Assembly: GCA_963770835.1 (NCBI GenBank)
Contig: CAVYRH010000005.1
Coordinates: 64,001 to 128,000, forward strand
DNA length: 64,000 nucleotides
Direction: 5' to 3'
DNA from: an uncultured Pseudomonadota bacterium
GTDB taxonomy: Bacteria > Oederibacteriota > Muellerivitia > Muellerivitales > Muellerivitaceae
Shown here: piece after piece, positions 9,611 through 18,759 of the stretch
How positions within the stretch are numbered: position 1 is the first letter of the stretch
Layout of the letters: each line of letters opens with the position of its first letter
Notes under the pieces: generated by a model
The model's input: the letters and a program-made list of their open reading frames with translations, nothing else
Databases searched by the model: none
Told to the model about the DNA's origin: nothing
Made by a program: the position numbers and the translations under genes

Positions 9611-9703
9611 TTGTCCTGGTTAAATCCTGGTTGGGAAATCCTAATTACCCTTTTAATTAATAGCCGTTAGAATAGTAAGCGGACTTCTTGAAGGAGCGGG
9701 TTT

Positions 9704-10732
9704 ATGGGTAGGAACCTCATATTCATCATTGTCGCTGTGACCGTTTTGAGCTTCGGATGCGTTAAAAAGTCACCAACCTCGCCGGCATCAGGCCAATGGG
9801 CGGAAGCTACCGCCAAGGCTTTCTCCTCCGGCCGTTACGGCTTGGCGGGTGCTGTTTTCAACGGCCAAATGTGGGCTATTGGTGGGGCGAGTGGTCCCGT
9901 AACGACTTATTACAGCGATGTTTATTCTTCTAGCAATGGTTCCAACTGGGATAAGGTGACGGGGAACGCCCCCTTTGGAGGTCGTTATGGCAGCCAAGTC
10001 CTTTCCTACAATGGACAATTATGGCTTATCGGAGGGAACAACAGCGGATCATTAATGAATGACGTTTGGAACTCCACGGATGGAAGGACTTGGAACCAGG
10101 TTTTGGCTTCTTCTACCACTGTAAGCCTCACCCAATTTAGCCCGCGGGAGGATTTTGGGGCTATGGTTTACAACAACGCCATGTGGGTTATCGGTGGTTA
10201 CAGCCAAGGTTCCAGTAATAATGATGTTTGGAATTCGACAAATGGAGTTACTTGGAACAGGGTATTGGCCAGTGGGGCACCTAGTGTGACCCAATTTTCT
10301 CAGCGGTGGGGTATCGCCACGGCTGTTTACAATAACGCCATGTGGGTCATGACAGGGGCCTATTCTATCGCTTCCAATACCGATCCCACAACGGTTTACA
10401 GCGATGTTTGGACCTCGACAACCGGTTCCACTTGGACGAGGGTTTCCTTGGCAAATGTCTTCGATTCCATCTACTACAGTCAGGGAGCGGTTTTTAACAA
10501 CCAAGTTTGGCTTACGGGAGCTTATCTTGCGGGTTGGGGTGCTCGAAACATTGCGGATTACACTACCGACGGAATCAATTGGACCGCCACTTCGGGGTCC
10601 TTCCCCTATAGGTTTTATCATTTAAGCCTTTCCTACAACAATGCTTTGTGGGTGATTGCCGGTTGTGATGATGTTTGCCAAACCCCAAACTGCGCAGTGA
10701 CCTATTTGAACGATGTTTGGTATACCCAATGA
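9704..10732 (+). CDS. Lipoprotein with Kelch-like beta-propeller repeats
   Basis: Lipobox LSFG-C; about six repeats of R....A.VYNN.(M/L)WVIGG....NDVW.S.(D/N)G..W. Confidence 0.75.
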   Translation: MGRNLIFIIVAVTVLSFGCVKKSPTSPASGQWAEATAKAFSSGRYGLAGAVFNGQMWAIGGASGPVTTYYSDVYSSSNGSNWDKVTGNAPFGGRYGSQVLSYNGQLWLIGGNNSGSLMNDVWNSTDGRTWNQVLASSTTVSLTQFSPREDFGAMVYNNAMWVIGGYSQGSSNNDVWNSTNGVTWNRVLASGAPSVTQFSQRWGIATAVYNNAMWVMTGAYSIASNTDPTTVYSDVWTSTTGSTWTRVSLANVFDSIYYSQGAVFNNQVWLTGAYLAGWGARNIADYTTDGINWTATSGSFPYRFYHLSLSYNNALWVIAGCDDVCQTPNCAVTYLNDVWYTQ

Positions 10733-10810
10733 TTTTGCGGGAAGGGAAGAGCTAGGCCGGTGGAAACCCTTGCCTATCTTTATGATTGAAAAGAAACCGG
10801 AGGCAAGACG

Positions 10811-11005
10811 ATGATCCCCGTCACAAGGCTCAACGGCCAGGAAGTTTACGTCAACGCGGATTTGGTCCTCTTTTTGGAAAGCTCGCCCGAAACCATCATC
10901 ACCTTGCAAAATGGAAAAAAAATTACTGTTAAGGAAACCATTCCCCAGGTCATTGACCGGGTGGTCGAATTTAAATCCCGTTGTTATCCAAAAGCCTCTC
11001 CCTGA
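10811..11005 (+). CDS. flbD: Flagellar protein FlbD (SwrD family)
   Basis: MIPVTRLNG....VNADL...LE.SPET.ITL.NGKK..VKE....V...V.EF signature; SD GGAGG. Confidence 0.9.
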   Translation: MIPVTRLNGQEVYVNADLVLFLESSPETIITLQNGKKITVKETIPQVIDRVVEFKSRCYPKASP

Positions 11006-11019
11006 ACTATTACCAGTCC

Positions 11020-11528
11020 CCGCTATTAGCACTTTTGAACTTTTCAAGATGTTCCCGGATTCGGAATCCGCAAGGATTCACATGGAAAAACGCCGTTGGC
11101 CAGAAGGCCTGGTTTGCTCTTTGTGCGAAGAATCCAAGCGTATTGCCGTTCGTAAGGGTGGTTATTACCGCTGTAATGCTTGCCTTAATGACTTCACCAT
11201 CCGCACTGGTTCCATTTTCGAGAGAAGCCATGTTCCCTTGCACAAGTGGTTATATGCCATGTATCTCCTGATGACGGCTCGTAAGGGAATTTCTTCAATG
11301 CAACTTTCCAAGGAAATTGGAGTTACTCAAAAGTCCGCTTGGTTCATGCTCGGTCGGATTCGTGAAGCTTGCGGAAATGATATGTCCAAACTAAGTGGCA
11401 CCGTTGAAATGGACGAAACCTTTGTCGGCGGTTTAGAGAAAAACAAACACATGTCCAAAAGAACCCCTGGAACCGAAGGGCGAAGCACTAAGACCAAAAC
11501 GGAAGTCCTCGGAATGCGGGAAAGTTAA
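11020..11528 (+). mobile_element. Truncated IS1595-family transposase remnant
   Basis: ISTFELF.MFPD, RWP.G..C..C...Y.C..C zinc ribbon, RTGSIFE.S..PL.KW, KGISS.QL...IGVTQKSAWFML.RIREA, GTVEMDETFVGG; stops after VLGMRE, before the remaining catalytic residues; no terminal inverted repeats recognised; left boundary approximate. Confidence 0.85.
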
Positions 11529-11595
11529 ATTTAAATATATCCATAAACCCGTAGTTCCCAATGGTAAAACGACTTTCGGGGATGATTTGAAACGG

Positions 11596-11624
11596 TTGCA
11601 CGAATCGCCGTTCGAAGGGATAAT
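11596..11624 (+). promoter_or_regulatory. Candidate sigma-70 promoter for the CTD cargo/PorV operon
   Basis: TTGCAC-N17-GATAAT. Confidence 0.35.
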
Positions 11625-11738
11625 ATGAAAGTCCTCAAGTAAATCCTTGGGCGGAGGACTATGCCGGTTCCTAAAATCGCTATTGGGCGCTAAGGATGAG
11701 AAAACAGATAATTGGACTTTGATTTCCCTGGAGATTTG

Positions 11739-13241
11739 ATGTTGTTAAAAAAGTCCGTCAAGTTAACGATTTTGTCATTTGCCTTTTACTCTGTTTTGCT
11801 ATCCGTTGCGCGCTTTAACCCTGCCTTTGCCTTATCCAACGATCCCCAACAGCATTTTTCATCCGCATCGACGAGTAGCTGGACTACCGCCTGCGGGGGT
11901 TGCGGTGCAACCGTGGTTTATGGCTTGGCCGTGGCATCGGCTCCACAGCCGGATTCCTCCGATTCCAGTCCTGCCAGCCAAGGTGAACTTCTTTCTAGCG
12001 CTTCCTGTCCCTCTTGCAGTGTCACCGAGACTTATCAAGATCCGGCGCCTACGATCACACCCACCGGTTCCAGTTACATTGAACTGGACGCTTATACTGT
12101 CGGCGTATCAAGACAATTCCAACTCATAGTAACCGACGTCAACGCCATCTCTGTGACCGTCACCAATAACGACATCATTGTGAATTGCCAGTCTCCCCCA
12201 GCCACAATCCAAGGCTCGACTCTTCCAAACCAATGGACTACCCTTTTTATCAACTTAGCGGGTTTGACCGGAGCTGTGAGCACGGTGAGCGCAATTATCC
12301 CCTCGGGACAAGCGAGCAATATGTTGAATGACCCCGTGTATTTTGACGACCTTCAAATGAACAATAACTTACCGTGTATTGTTCCTCCCACCGCTACCCC
12401 CACTGGAACGCCGACGAACACTTTGCCCCCCACCAACACACCCACCCCCACGGGCACCTTTACCAAGACCCCGTCCAACACCCCCACTTTATCTCCAACC
12501 CCTACGTTTACAAACACTCCCACTTTCACGCCCACACCGACTATCTCCGTCACACCCACCTCCACCCCCACCGTCACCTCCCCATTCACGGCCACTTCCA
12601 GCCCCACTAATACGGGGACCCAACCTCCCACTTCCACCCCCAGCAACACGGCGACCCCGGTACCGACCTCAACACCCACCAACACAGGCGTGCCCACAGG
12701 CACTCCCTCTTCAACGGCTAGCTTTACACCGACCGTTTCTCCAACGCGAACTTATACTTCGACCCCAACCTTCACACCTACTTTTTCGCCCACCATAACC
12801 AGCACCGCAACAAACACAGACACCCCCACCATCACCAACACGGCTGGGCCGACCTCCACCTTCACGCAAACACCCTGTCCGGTCGATGTATATCCAGATC
12901 CCATGGATTTCCAACATAGCCCCCCCTATAACAACATCGCCGATCCGTCCAACCCCAATGTTTCCTTAGGAAGTTGTCCGGCGGCCTGCCTTAAGTTTGG
13001 TTGCATTCCCTTAGGAGCTACCCTCAAAATCTATACGATTTCACTAGGAGGTCTTGTACGACAATTTTTACCGGGTGACCCGAACTTCCATCTATATTCC
13101 AATTTGAATACCGGATACATCACATGGGACGGCACCAATGGCGATGGGAACCCGGTTGCCGCTGGAATTTATCTCTACGTAGTGGAAGGCCCCAACGTCC
13201 GTACCTTCGGTAAGTTCGCCATTTCCCGTTCTGGAAATTAA
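11739..13241 (+). CDS. Secreted protein: Cys-containing beta-sandwich domain, Thr/Pro linker, T9SS/FlgD-Ig-like CTD
   Basis: Signal peptide ending PAFA; long TPT linker; CTD VYPDP...LKIYT...LVR...[18 protein letters not shown]......GKFAISR; ATG at 11739 with GGAG. Confidence 0.7.
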   Translation: MLLKKSVKLTILSFAFYSVLLSVARFNPAFALSNDPQQHFSSASTSSWTTACGGCGATVVYGLAVASAPQPDSSDSSPASQGELLSSASCPSCSVTETYQDPAPTITPTGSSYIELDAYTVGVSRQFQLIVTDVNAISVTVTNNDIIVNCQSPPATIQGSTLPNQWTTLFINLAGLTGAVSTVSAIIPSGQASNMLNDPVYFDDLQMNNNLPCIVPPTATPTGTPTNTLPPTNTPTPTGTFTKTPSNTPTLSPTPTFTNTPTFTPTPTISVTPTSTPTVTSPFTATSSPTNTGTQPPTSTPSNTATPVPTSTPTNTGVPTGTPSSTASFTPTVSPTRTYTSTPTFTPTFSPTITSTATNTDTPTITNTAGPTSTFTQTPCPVDVYPDPMDFQHSPPYNNIADPSNPNVSLGSCPAACLKFGCIPLGATLKIYTISLGGLVRQFLPGDPNFHLYSNLNTGYITWDGTNGDGNPVAAGIYLYVVEGPNVRTFGKFAISRSGN

Positions 13242-13246
13242 GCATA

Positions 13247-14227
13247 ATGATAAGAAAATTTTTAAAACCCTTCCTCTTAGCCGGAATGCTCTTGACAGCG
13301 GGGGGCAACTCACCGGCTTCGGCACAAACCGCCAGTGGTGGCCAAGCCGCATTTGATTTCCTTAAAATATCGCCCATTTCCCGCGCGGTGGGGCTGGGTG
13401 GGGCCTACACCGCTATCGGGGATGATATTGGAGCTATCTACTACAATCCTGCTGGTTTGGCCGGCCTTTTGACCAGCGAAATGAACATCACGTATCTTTC
13501 CATTTACCAAGGCATTAATTACGAGTTCCTGGCTTTTGGCTATCCACTAGGAGAGTCCATGCCCGATATCGGGGGAACGGTGGCCGTCAGCGCGAGTCTT
13601 CTGCAGCCAGGAAGTTTGCCGAGAACTAATGACCAAGGACAAACGATCAACGGAACTGCGACTTTTGCCAGCGGTGACCAGGTTTTTTCCTTCGCTTATG
13701 CACGAAATTTAGGCCATTATCTACAAGGTGGGTTTTGCATTAATTACATCCAACAACAAATTGATACTGTTTCCAGCTCATTGTTCGACGCGGATGCGGG
13801 AGTCGTCATCCTGCCACCCTTTGACGGCATGCGGGTTGGGTTGTCGCTAAAGAATATGGGTGCCCAAGCAGCCGGATTCGATCTGCCTTTCACGCTCAAC
13901 ACTGGAATTTCCTACCGTCATTATGAATTATTCTCGGAGCAGGATGACGGGGCTTTGACCGCCGAAGTGGCTTTTCCCCTGGAGCCCATTGAAGATCCTG
14001 TGGGCGTTAAGGTGGGTGGGGAATATAATTACAAGTGGATGGGAAATCGGGCGACTTTGCGCGCTGGTTATGAATTTCTTGATACTTCCCTTAATGGGGT
14101 GGGGCTTACTTTGGGAGCGGGTTATGGGTTTGATTTTGGGGGTACGGTGCTGTTCCTGGATTACGCCTACGCACCCGAGGATATTTTTGGAAGCGACAAT
14201 CGTATATCACTGACCACCAAATTTTAA
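13247..14227 (+). CDS. PorV/PorQ-family (UPF0164-like) outer-membrane beta-barrel
   Basis: Signal peptide; FLKI....RAVGLGGAYTAI.DD..AIYYNPAGLA; LRAGY, GLTLGAG, DYAY; C-terminal Phe. Confidence 0.85.
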   Translation: MIRKFLKPFLLAGMLLTAGGNSPASAQTASGGQAAFDFLKISPISRAVGLGGAYTAIGDDIGAIYYNPAGLAGLLTSEMNITYLSIYQGINYEFLAFGYPLGESMPDIGGTVAVSASLLQPGSLPRTNDQGQTINGTATFASGDQVFSFAYARNLGHYLQGGFCINYIQQQIDTVSSSLFDADAGVVILPPFDGMRVGLSLKNMGAQAAGFDLPFTLNTGISYRHYELFSEQDDGALTAEVAFPLEPIEDPVGVKVGGEYNYKWMGNRATLRAGYEFLDTSLNGVGLTLGAGYGFDFGGTVLFLDYAYAPEDIFGSDNRISLTTKF

Positions 14228-14242
14228 GAGGAAAGCCGGCTT

Positions 14243-15280
14243 ATGTTCCCATCTTTTTCATTAAAAAAAATAATTCTAAGTTCGGTTTTGATGGCCTGTG
14301 TGGCTCCGGGCGCTTGGGCTCAAACCGTTGGAACAACAACGGCTGATATTTTGAAAATCAACGACGGTATCCGCCCAGCCGCAATGGGCGGTGCCTATAC
14401 AGCCATGGGGGATGACCTTTATTCCATCAATTACAATCCGGCTGGATTGAGCTACATTAAGGCGAGCCAAATCGTGGTTTTCCACCTCGACAGCTTAGCC
14501 GGCATACAGTATGAGTACTTGGCCTTCGGAACCGCCTGGGGTTCGGGAAATGTGCTGGCTGCGAATATTATCTACCGGCATATGGACCCCATCGATAATC
14601 AACCGGGAATACTAGGGGCTGTTAACGCGGACGACCTTTTAGGAAGCCTGTCTTATGCCTTGAAGGTCGGCGATAACCTTCGCCTCGGGGCCACCGCCAA
14701 GATTTTAAAAAGCGACCTGGCGTCTTTTTCCTCCACGGCTGTTGCCTTGGACTTGGGCGCGGTCATAGACCGGTTGCCCTACGGAATAAAGGCGGGGTTC
14801 GCAGTGCAAAACTTGGGCACTTCCATGACTTTTGACACAAACGCCCCCTCCGATTCTCTCCCGCTTTTCCTCCGGTTCGGAATCGGAACCCACCAAGTGT
14901 TTGAAGGCAACCGCGATCTCAATGTCGGAGTCGAGGTATTCAAGCCCTCAGACCAAGAAATCAAGTTGGGGATAGGCGCGGAATTCTGGCTGTTCCCAGA
15001 ACTATTCGCAGTTCGGGGCGGATATAAAATCGAGAACTTCTCCCCCTATGGCGGGTTTTTGGCGTCCCCTCCAGAAGGGCCCAATGCTCCCAACACTCCA
15101 GCGCCGAATATTGCAAACGCTTTTCAAAATTACACCCTTGGTTGTACCCTTACCCGCCGCATTGACGGTGATGATTTTTCCGTGGACATTGCTTATGACC
15201 CCGCTAATTTCACCTCGACGACTGAGGATACCTTTTTCTTCGGCCTCTATTTTAAATTCAACCAGTTGCGGATTTTTTAA
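14243..15280 (+). CDS. PorV/PorQ-family outer-membrane beta-barrel (second paralog)
   Basis: LKI..G.RPAAMGGAYTAM.DD..SINYNPAGLS; VQNLG, LP...RFG, AVRGGY; C-terminal Phe. Confidence 0.85.
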   Translation: MFPSFSLKKIILSSVLMACVAPGAWAQTVGTTTADILKINDGIRPAAMGGAYTAMGDDLYSINYNPAGLSYIKASQIVVFHLDSLAGIQYEYLAFGTAWGSGNVLAANIIYRHMDPIDNQPGILGAVNADDLLGSLSYALKVGDNLRLGATAKILKSDLASFSSTAVALDLGAVIDRLPYGIKAGFAVQNLGTSMTFDTNAPSDSLPLFLRFGIGTHQVFEGNRDLNVGVEVFKPSDQEIKLGIGAEFWLFPELFAVRGGYKIENFSPYGGFLASPPEGPNAPNTPAPNIANAFQNYTLGCTLTRRIDGDDFSVDIAYDPANFTSTTEDTFFFGLYFKFNQLRIF

Positions 15281-15320
15281 AAAGCGACTTTCCGGATGTT
15301 GGCCAGAGTTGTTTCCGCGA

Positions 15321-15349
15321 TTGACAAGCGCCGGATGCCCTGATAATCT
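15321..15349 (+). promoter_or_regulatory. Sigma-70 promoter of tRNA-Phe
   Basis: TTGACA-N17-TAATCT, 46 bp upstream of the tRNA. Confidence 0.55.
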
Positions 15350-15395
15350 TCAACCCCTGTTTTGCTCCCGGAAGTTCCAGCTTTTGATCCAGTGG

Positions 15396-15471
<76 letters not shown>

Positions 15472-15968
15472 TTTTTACTATTATTCCCCTTTGCAAAATT
15501 CAACGTCAACAAAAGTGGTTTTTATGATGAGGGATAAAAGGACTTTTGGTAAAAAATAGTTTTGCGTTTAAATAAACAAAGTGGGTTAAAGTTCCATTTG
15601 ATTCCTGTTTAAAACGATATTATGAATCCGTTTAAGAATATCCAATTAGATTGCTTGCTAGCTATTAAGATACACACGAAATTTACCGATATTTCTTTTT
15701 TTTATTGAGAAAGATGCTGTATGTTATTTATCGAATTAAAAAAAGTGGAAATTCTTAATGATTGGATTGTAGGAACGTTAACCGCTTCGATTAACTTTGG
15801 TGAATTTTGAAAATCCGAATGCACCAAATTTGCGGATTGTAAATGTGTTCTTCGAGCCAATTCTTAAACTAAGTTGGAAAATTTCGCCGTCGTTTAATGA
15901 GGGGTTTGGCTTCCGGTCTTGAGCTGTAAGGAAGGGAACCTTGTAACGACAAGTCGGGTTTGTGTGAT

Positions 15969-17624
15969 ATGGACCTCCAAAGGTTGTTGTTCGTATTTTT
16001 TATTTCGGCGTTGACATATCTCCTGACCACACCCATTGCTGTGCACTTCGCTTCCTGGTTCGGTTTGGTAGACCACCCAGGCGGCAGGAAAATCCACAGT
16101 GCCCCCATTCCCCGTATTGGGGGAATCGTATTTGTCCTTGCAATCGTGATAGCCATTGTCTTCGGGTTCTTGCTTTTTCCAATGGATTCTTTTTTCGGTC
16201 ATGAAAACCAGCGTGGCAAACTTTTGGCAATCCTCGTTGGAACGGTGTCGGCGGCCTTGTTGGGTCTGGCAGATGACCTCTTGGAATTAAGGCCCGCGTG
16301 GAAATTTGGGTTTCAAGCCCTTCTTTCGGGTTCTTTCGCGTTGCTGGGTTACCATTTCGATTTCCTCCATATTCCCGGTTTTCCACCCGTGTGGCTTTCC
16401 TTTTTCAGCGTACCCTTTACCGCTTTTTGGATTATGGCGCTGATGAACGGTTTCAATTTCATGGATGGAGTGGACGGACTAGCCGGAAGTGTATCTTGTG
16501 TGGTGTTTATGGGAATCGGAATGGCCGCCCGACTCCAGGGTGATTCAAGCCTCTATACTTTATCCGCCGCAGCCATTGGGGCCCTGGTGGTTTTCCTGGC
16601 CTACAACCGTCCTCCAGCCAGGATTTATCTTGGCGATACGGGAGCCAATGCTTTGGGTTTTGCCGCAGCGGCGGGATTGATTTCCCTGGGCCAGGGAGAA
16701 CCCCTTGTATGGGGTCCTCAAAACTTGAGTTTGCCCCATATGCCATTCCGATTCCAGGTCATTTTGGAAACTTTAATCGTGGGCTATCCTTTCCTGGAAG
16801 TCCTCCTTTCAACTATCCGCCGCGGAATCAAGAGGTTTTACTTTGGACGCTCCATGGAATGGTCCGAGAAGGAACATATCCACCACCGGCTCCTCAAACA
16901 AGGATGGGGGCCCATTCGTATCGCCGCCGTGGGAGCGGGCTTCAACCTGCTCCTGGCGGGTGCGGCCCTCTTGGCTATGTCCGGGGAGCGTGCCCTGGCG
17001 GTTTTCTGCGTCCTGCCGGTGGTCGTCATCCTGACCATTCTCATGCCCCGATTGGGCTTTTTCGAATTTATGGACACGGGCGCACTCGCTGTTAAAAGGC
17101 CTTATTACCTTATGGCCCATCGCTTCGTGGATATGCAAAAAGCGAAACTTCAACTTGTCTCGGACAGGGAGGAGCTCCTAGCCCTTGTCAGCCAAACCTG
17201 CGCCGAATTCGGGGTTCAAGGGTTTTGGATCAAAGCTGAGGCCGATGCCCTAGGAAAAGGTGGAATGGTTTATTACTGGGAGAGGCCCCATGACATCCAA
17301 CGAGAATACCTTCAATTTTTGAAAACCGAGATAACCGAGGGTAACTTTGAGATTTTCAAGGAGAGGGTGGCCTTGGAAGAAGATCAAATTGAGGCTTATT
17401 GGATTTTTGAGCCCAATACCGAGGAAAGCGAGTTGGATGTTGAATACCGAGTACTGGTTAGTGGTTTTATGAAGGACATCCTACGCCAGTTCAAGGAATT
17501 GGAACATCCGCGGACAGACCACCCACTGGTTGAAATCAACAATTTGGGGCACGCCAAGGTCAGGTCAAGCTTTTTGAAACGTCGCTACGGTATAAAAACG
17601 GGAAAATCCCCAGAAGCTAGTTGA
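15969..17624 (+). CDS. WecA/TagO-like (MraY family) undecaprenyl-phosphate sugar-1-P transferase with a C-terminal extension
   Basis: D.PG.RKIH..PIPRIGG, GLADD, NGFNFMDGVDGLAG, IYLGDTGA, HIHHRL; about 190 aa soluble tail. Confidence 0.9.
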   Translation: MDLQRLLFVFFISALTYLLTTPIAVHFASWFGLVDHPGGRKIHSAPIPRIGGIVFVLAIVIAIVFGFLLFPMDSFFGHENQRGKLLAILVGTVSAALLGLADDLLELRPAWKFGFQALLSGSFALLGYHFDFLHIPGFPPVWLSFFSVPFTAFWIMALMNGFNFMDGVDGLAGSVSCVVFMGIGMAARLQGDSSLYTLSAAAIGALVVFLAYNRPPARIYLGDTGANALGFAAAAGLISLGQGEPLVWGPQNLSLPHMPFRFQVILETLIVGYPFLEVLLSTIRRGIKRFYFGRSMEWSEKEHIHHRLLKQGWGPIRIAAVGAGFNLLLAGAALLAMSGERALAVFCVLPVVVILTILMPRLGFFEFMDTGALAVKRPYYLMAHRFVDMQKAKLQLVSDREELLALVSQTCAEFGVQGFWIKAEADALGKGGMVYYWERPHDIQREYLQFLKTEITEGNFEIFKERVALEEDQIEAYWIFEPNTEESELDVEYRVLVSGFMKDILRQFKELEHPRTDHPLVEINNLGHAKVRSSFLKRRYGIKTGKSPEAS

Positions 17625-17897
17625 GTTGTGCCGATTTTCACAAAATCTTCCCAGAAGGCCATCTGCCGATAGACGTTGCCCAACCATTATTGCTGGGGGT
17701 AGAGATGTTCGCATTTGTGGGGAAGTGTCTGGCAAAAGGGGTGATATAATCCCTTTTTCCAGGAGAAGCCAAGAGCACTTGTTCTTTGTTGGGAGAACGT
17801 TGTCAATGGCTTCCAGCTGACATAGGATCGAAATTCATTTCTCATCAAGGAATCTTGGCGAATGAAAATCAATTTGAATAAAGGATGGACTATCGAC

Positions 17898-18713
17898 ATG
17901 AGCCGCCCGGTGATTCGGCAACGCGGTAAAATCCTTCTGGCCTCATTTGTGACGGCCATCATAATTTTATCTTCATCTACTCCAGCCATTTCTGCTTCGA
18001 AGGGGAAAAAAAAGAAAGACTCCGTCAACGCCTCGGCCCCCGAAGCCACGGAACAGAATGTGGAGCCGCCCTCTTCCGATAAGTCTATTAACGCCTACCC
18101 CCCCCTCCTCATCGGGCCGGGGGATGAATTGGAAATCTACGTGGTCAATTTTTCCTCGGGCAATGGCTATACCACGGCCGCAAACGGGGAAGGTGGTGTG
18201 AAAAGCCAACTACCCACCGACTACATGGTGGACTCGGACGGTATGGTTCTTTTCCCGTTTCTGGGCAAGATCCAGCTTAAGGGCCTCGCCCAGATCAACG
18301 CCGCCGAACTCCTGCGGCTCAAGTTGAGGGAATTCATCAACAATCCACAGGTCACGGTTTTGGTGCGTTCCTCGAACTACTACAATATCTCCGTCCTGGG
18401 GGACGTGAGCCGGCCCGGCAAGTTTCTCGTTCGCGGCGAACCCACGGTTTTCTCCCTCCTGGCAGATGCGGGAGGGACCCTTCCGGACGCCAATTTGGGA
18501 GGGGCCGTCATCATCCACGGCGACACCTACAAGAAGGAAAGCATCAACCTGAACCACTACATGACCGACAAGGGCTCCCAGGACAAGCCGCCCATCCTCT
18601 ACCCCGGGGACATCCTCATGGTCCCCAAGAACGAAGCGCTCACTTCCAACGATTGGGCTATCATCGCCAGTATCGTCGCCAGCGGCGCCATTATCGCGAC
18701 CCAAATCCATTAA
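17898..18713 (+). CDS. wza: Polysaccharide export protein (Wza/OPX, Poly_export plus SLBB)
   Basis: IGPGDEL.I, VDSDG...FPFLG.I...GL, NPQVTV, VLGDV.RPG, L.PGD...VP; start could be 17862. Confidence 0.85.
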   Translation: MSRPVIRQRGKILLASFVTAIIILSSSTPAISASKGKKKKDSVNASAPEATEQNVEPPSSDKSINAYPPLLIGPGDELEIYVVNFSSGNGYTTAANGEGGVKSQLPTDYMVDSDGMVLFPFLGKIQLKGLAQINAAELLRLKLREFINNPQVTVLVRSSNYYNISVLGDVSRPGKFLVRGEPTVFSLLADAGGTLPDANLGGAVIIHGDTYKKESINLNHYMTDKGSQDKPPILYPGDILMVPKNEALTSNDWAIIASIVASGAIIATQIH

Positions 18714-18759
18714 GAGCCCGGAAACATTGGGTTTATTTATCTCGAATGAGAGGAACGAC

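Noticed and set aside
10911..11020. flbD-transposase overlap as a fusion or programmed frameshift
   Set aside because: The upstream extension of the transposase ORF is just an open alternative frame of flbD with no transposase similarity
17642..17672. Sigma-28 promoter upstream of wza (GCCGATAG)
   Set aside because: No TAAA-like -35 element at the required 15-bp spacing
18098..18105. Homopolymer tracts in CDSs (C8 in wza, G8 at 32744, G7 at 35541) as phase-variation switches
   Set aside because: Short, encode Pro/Gly runs, and all frames are intact; no evidence without reads
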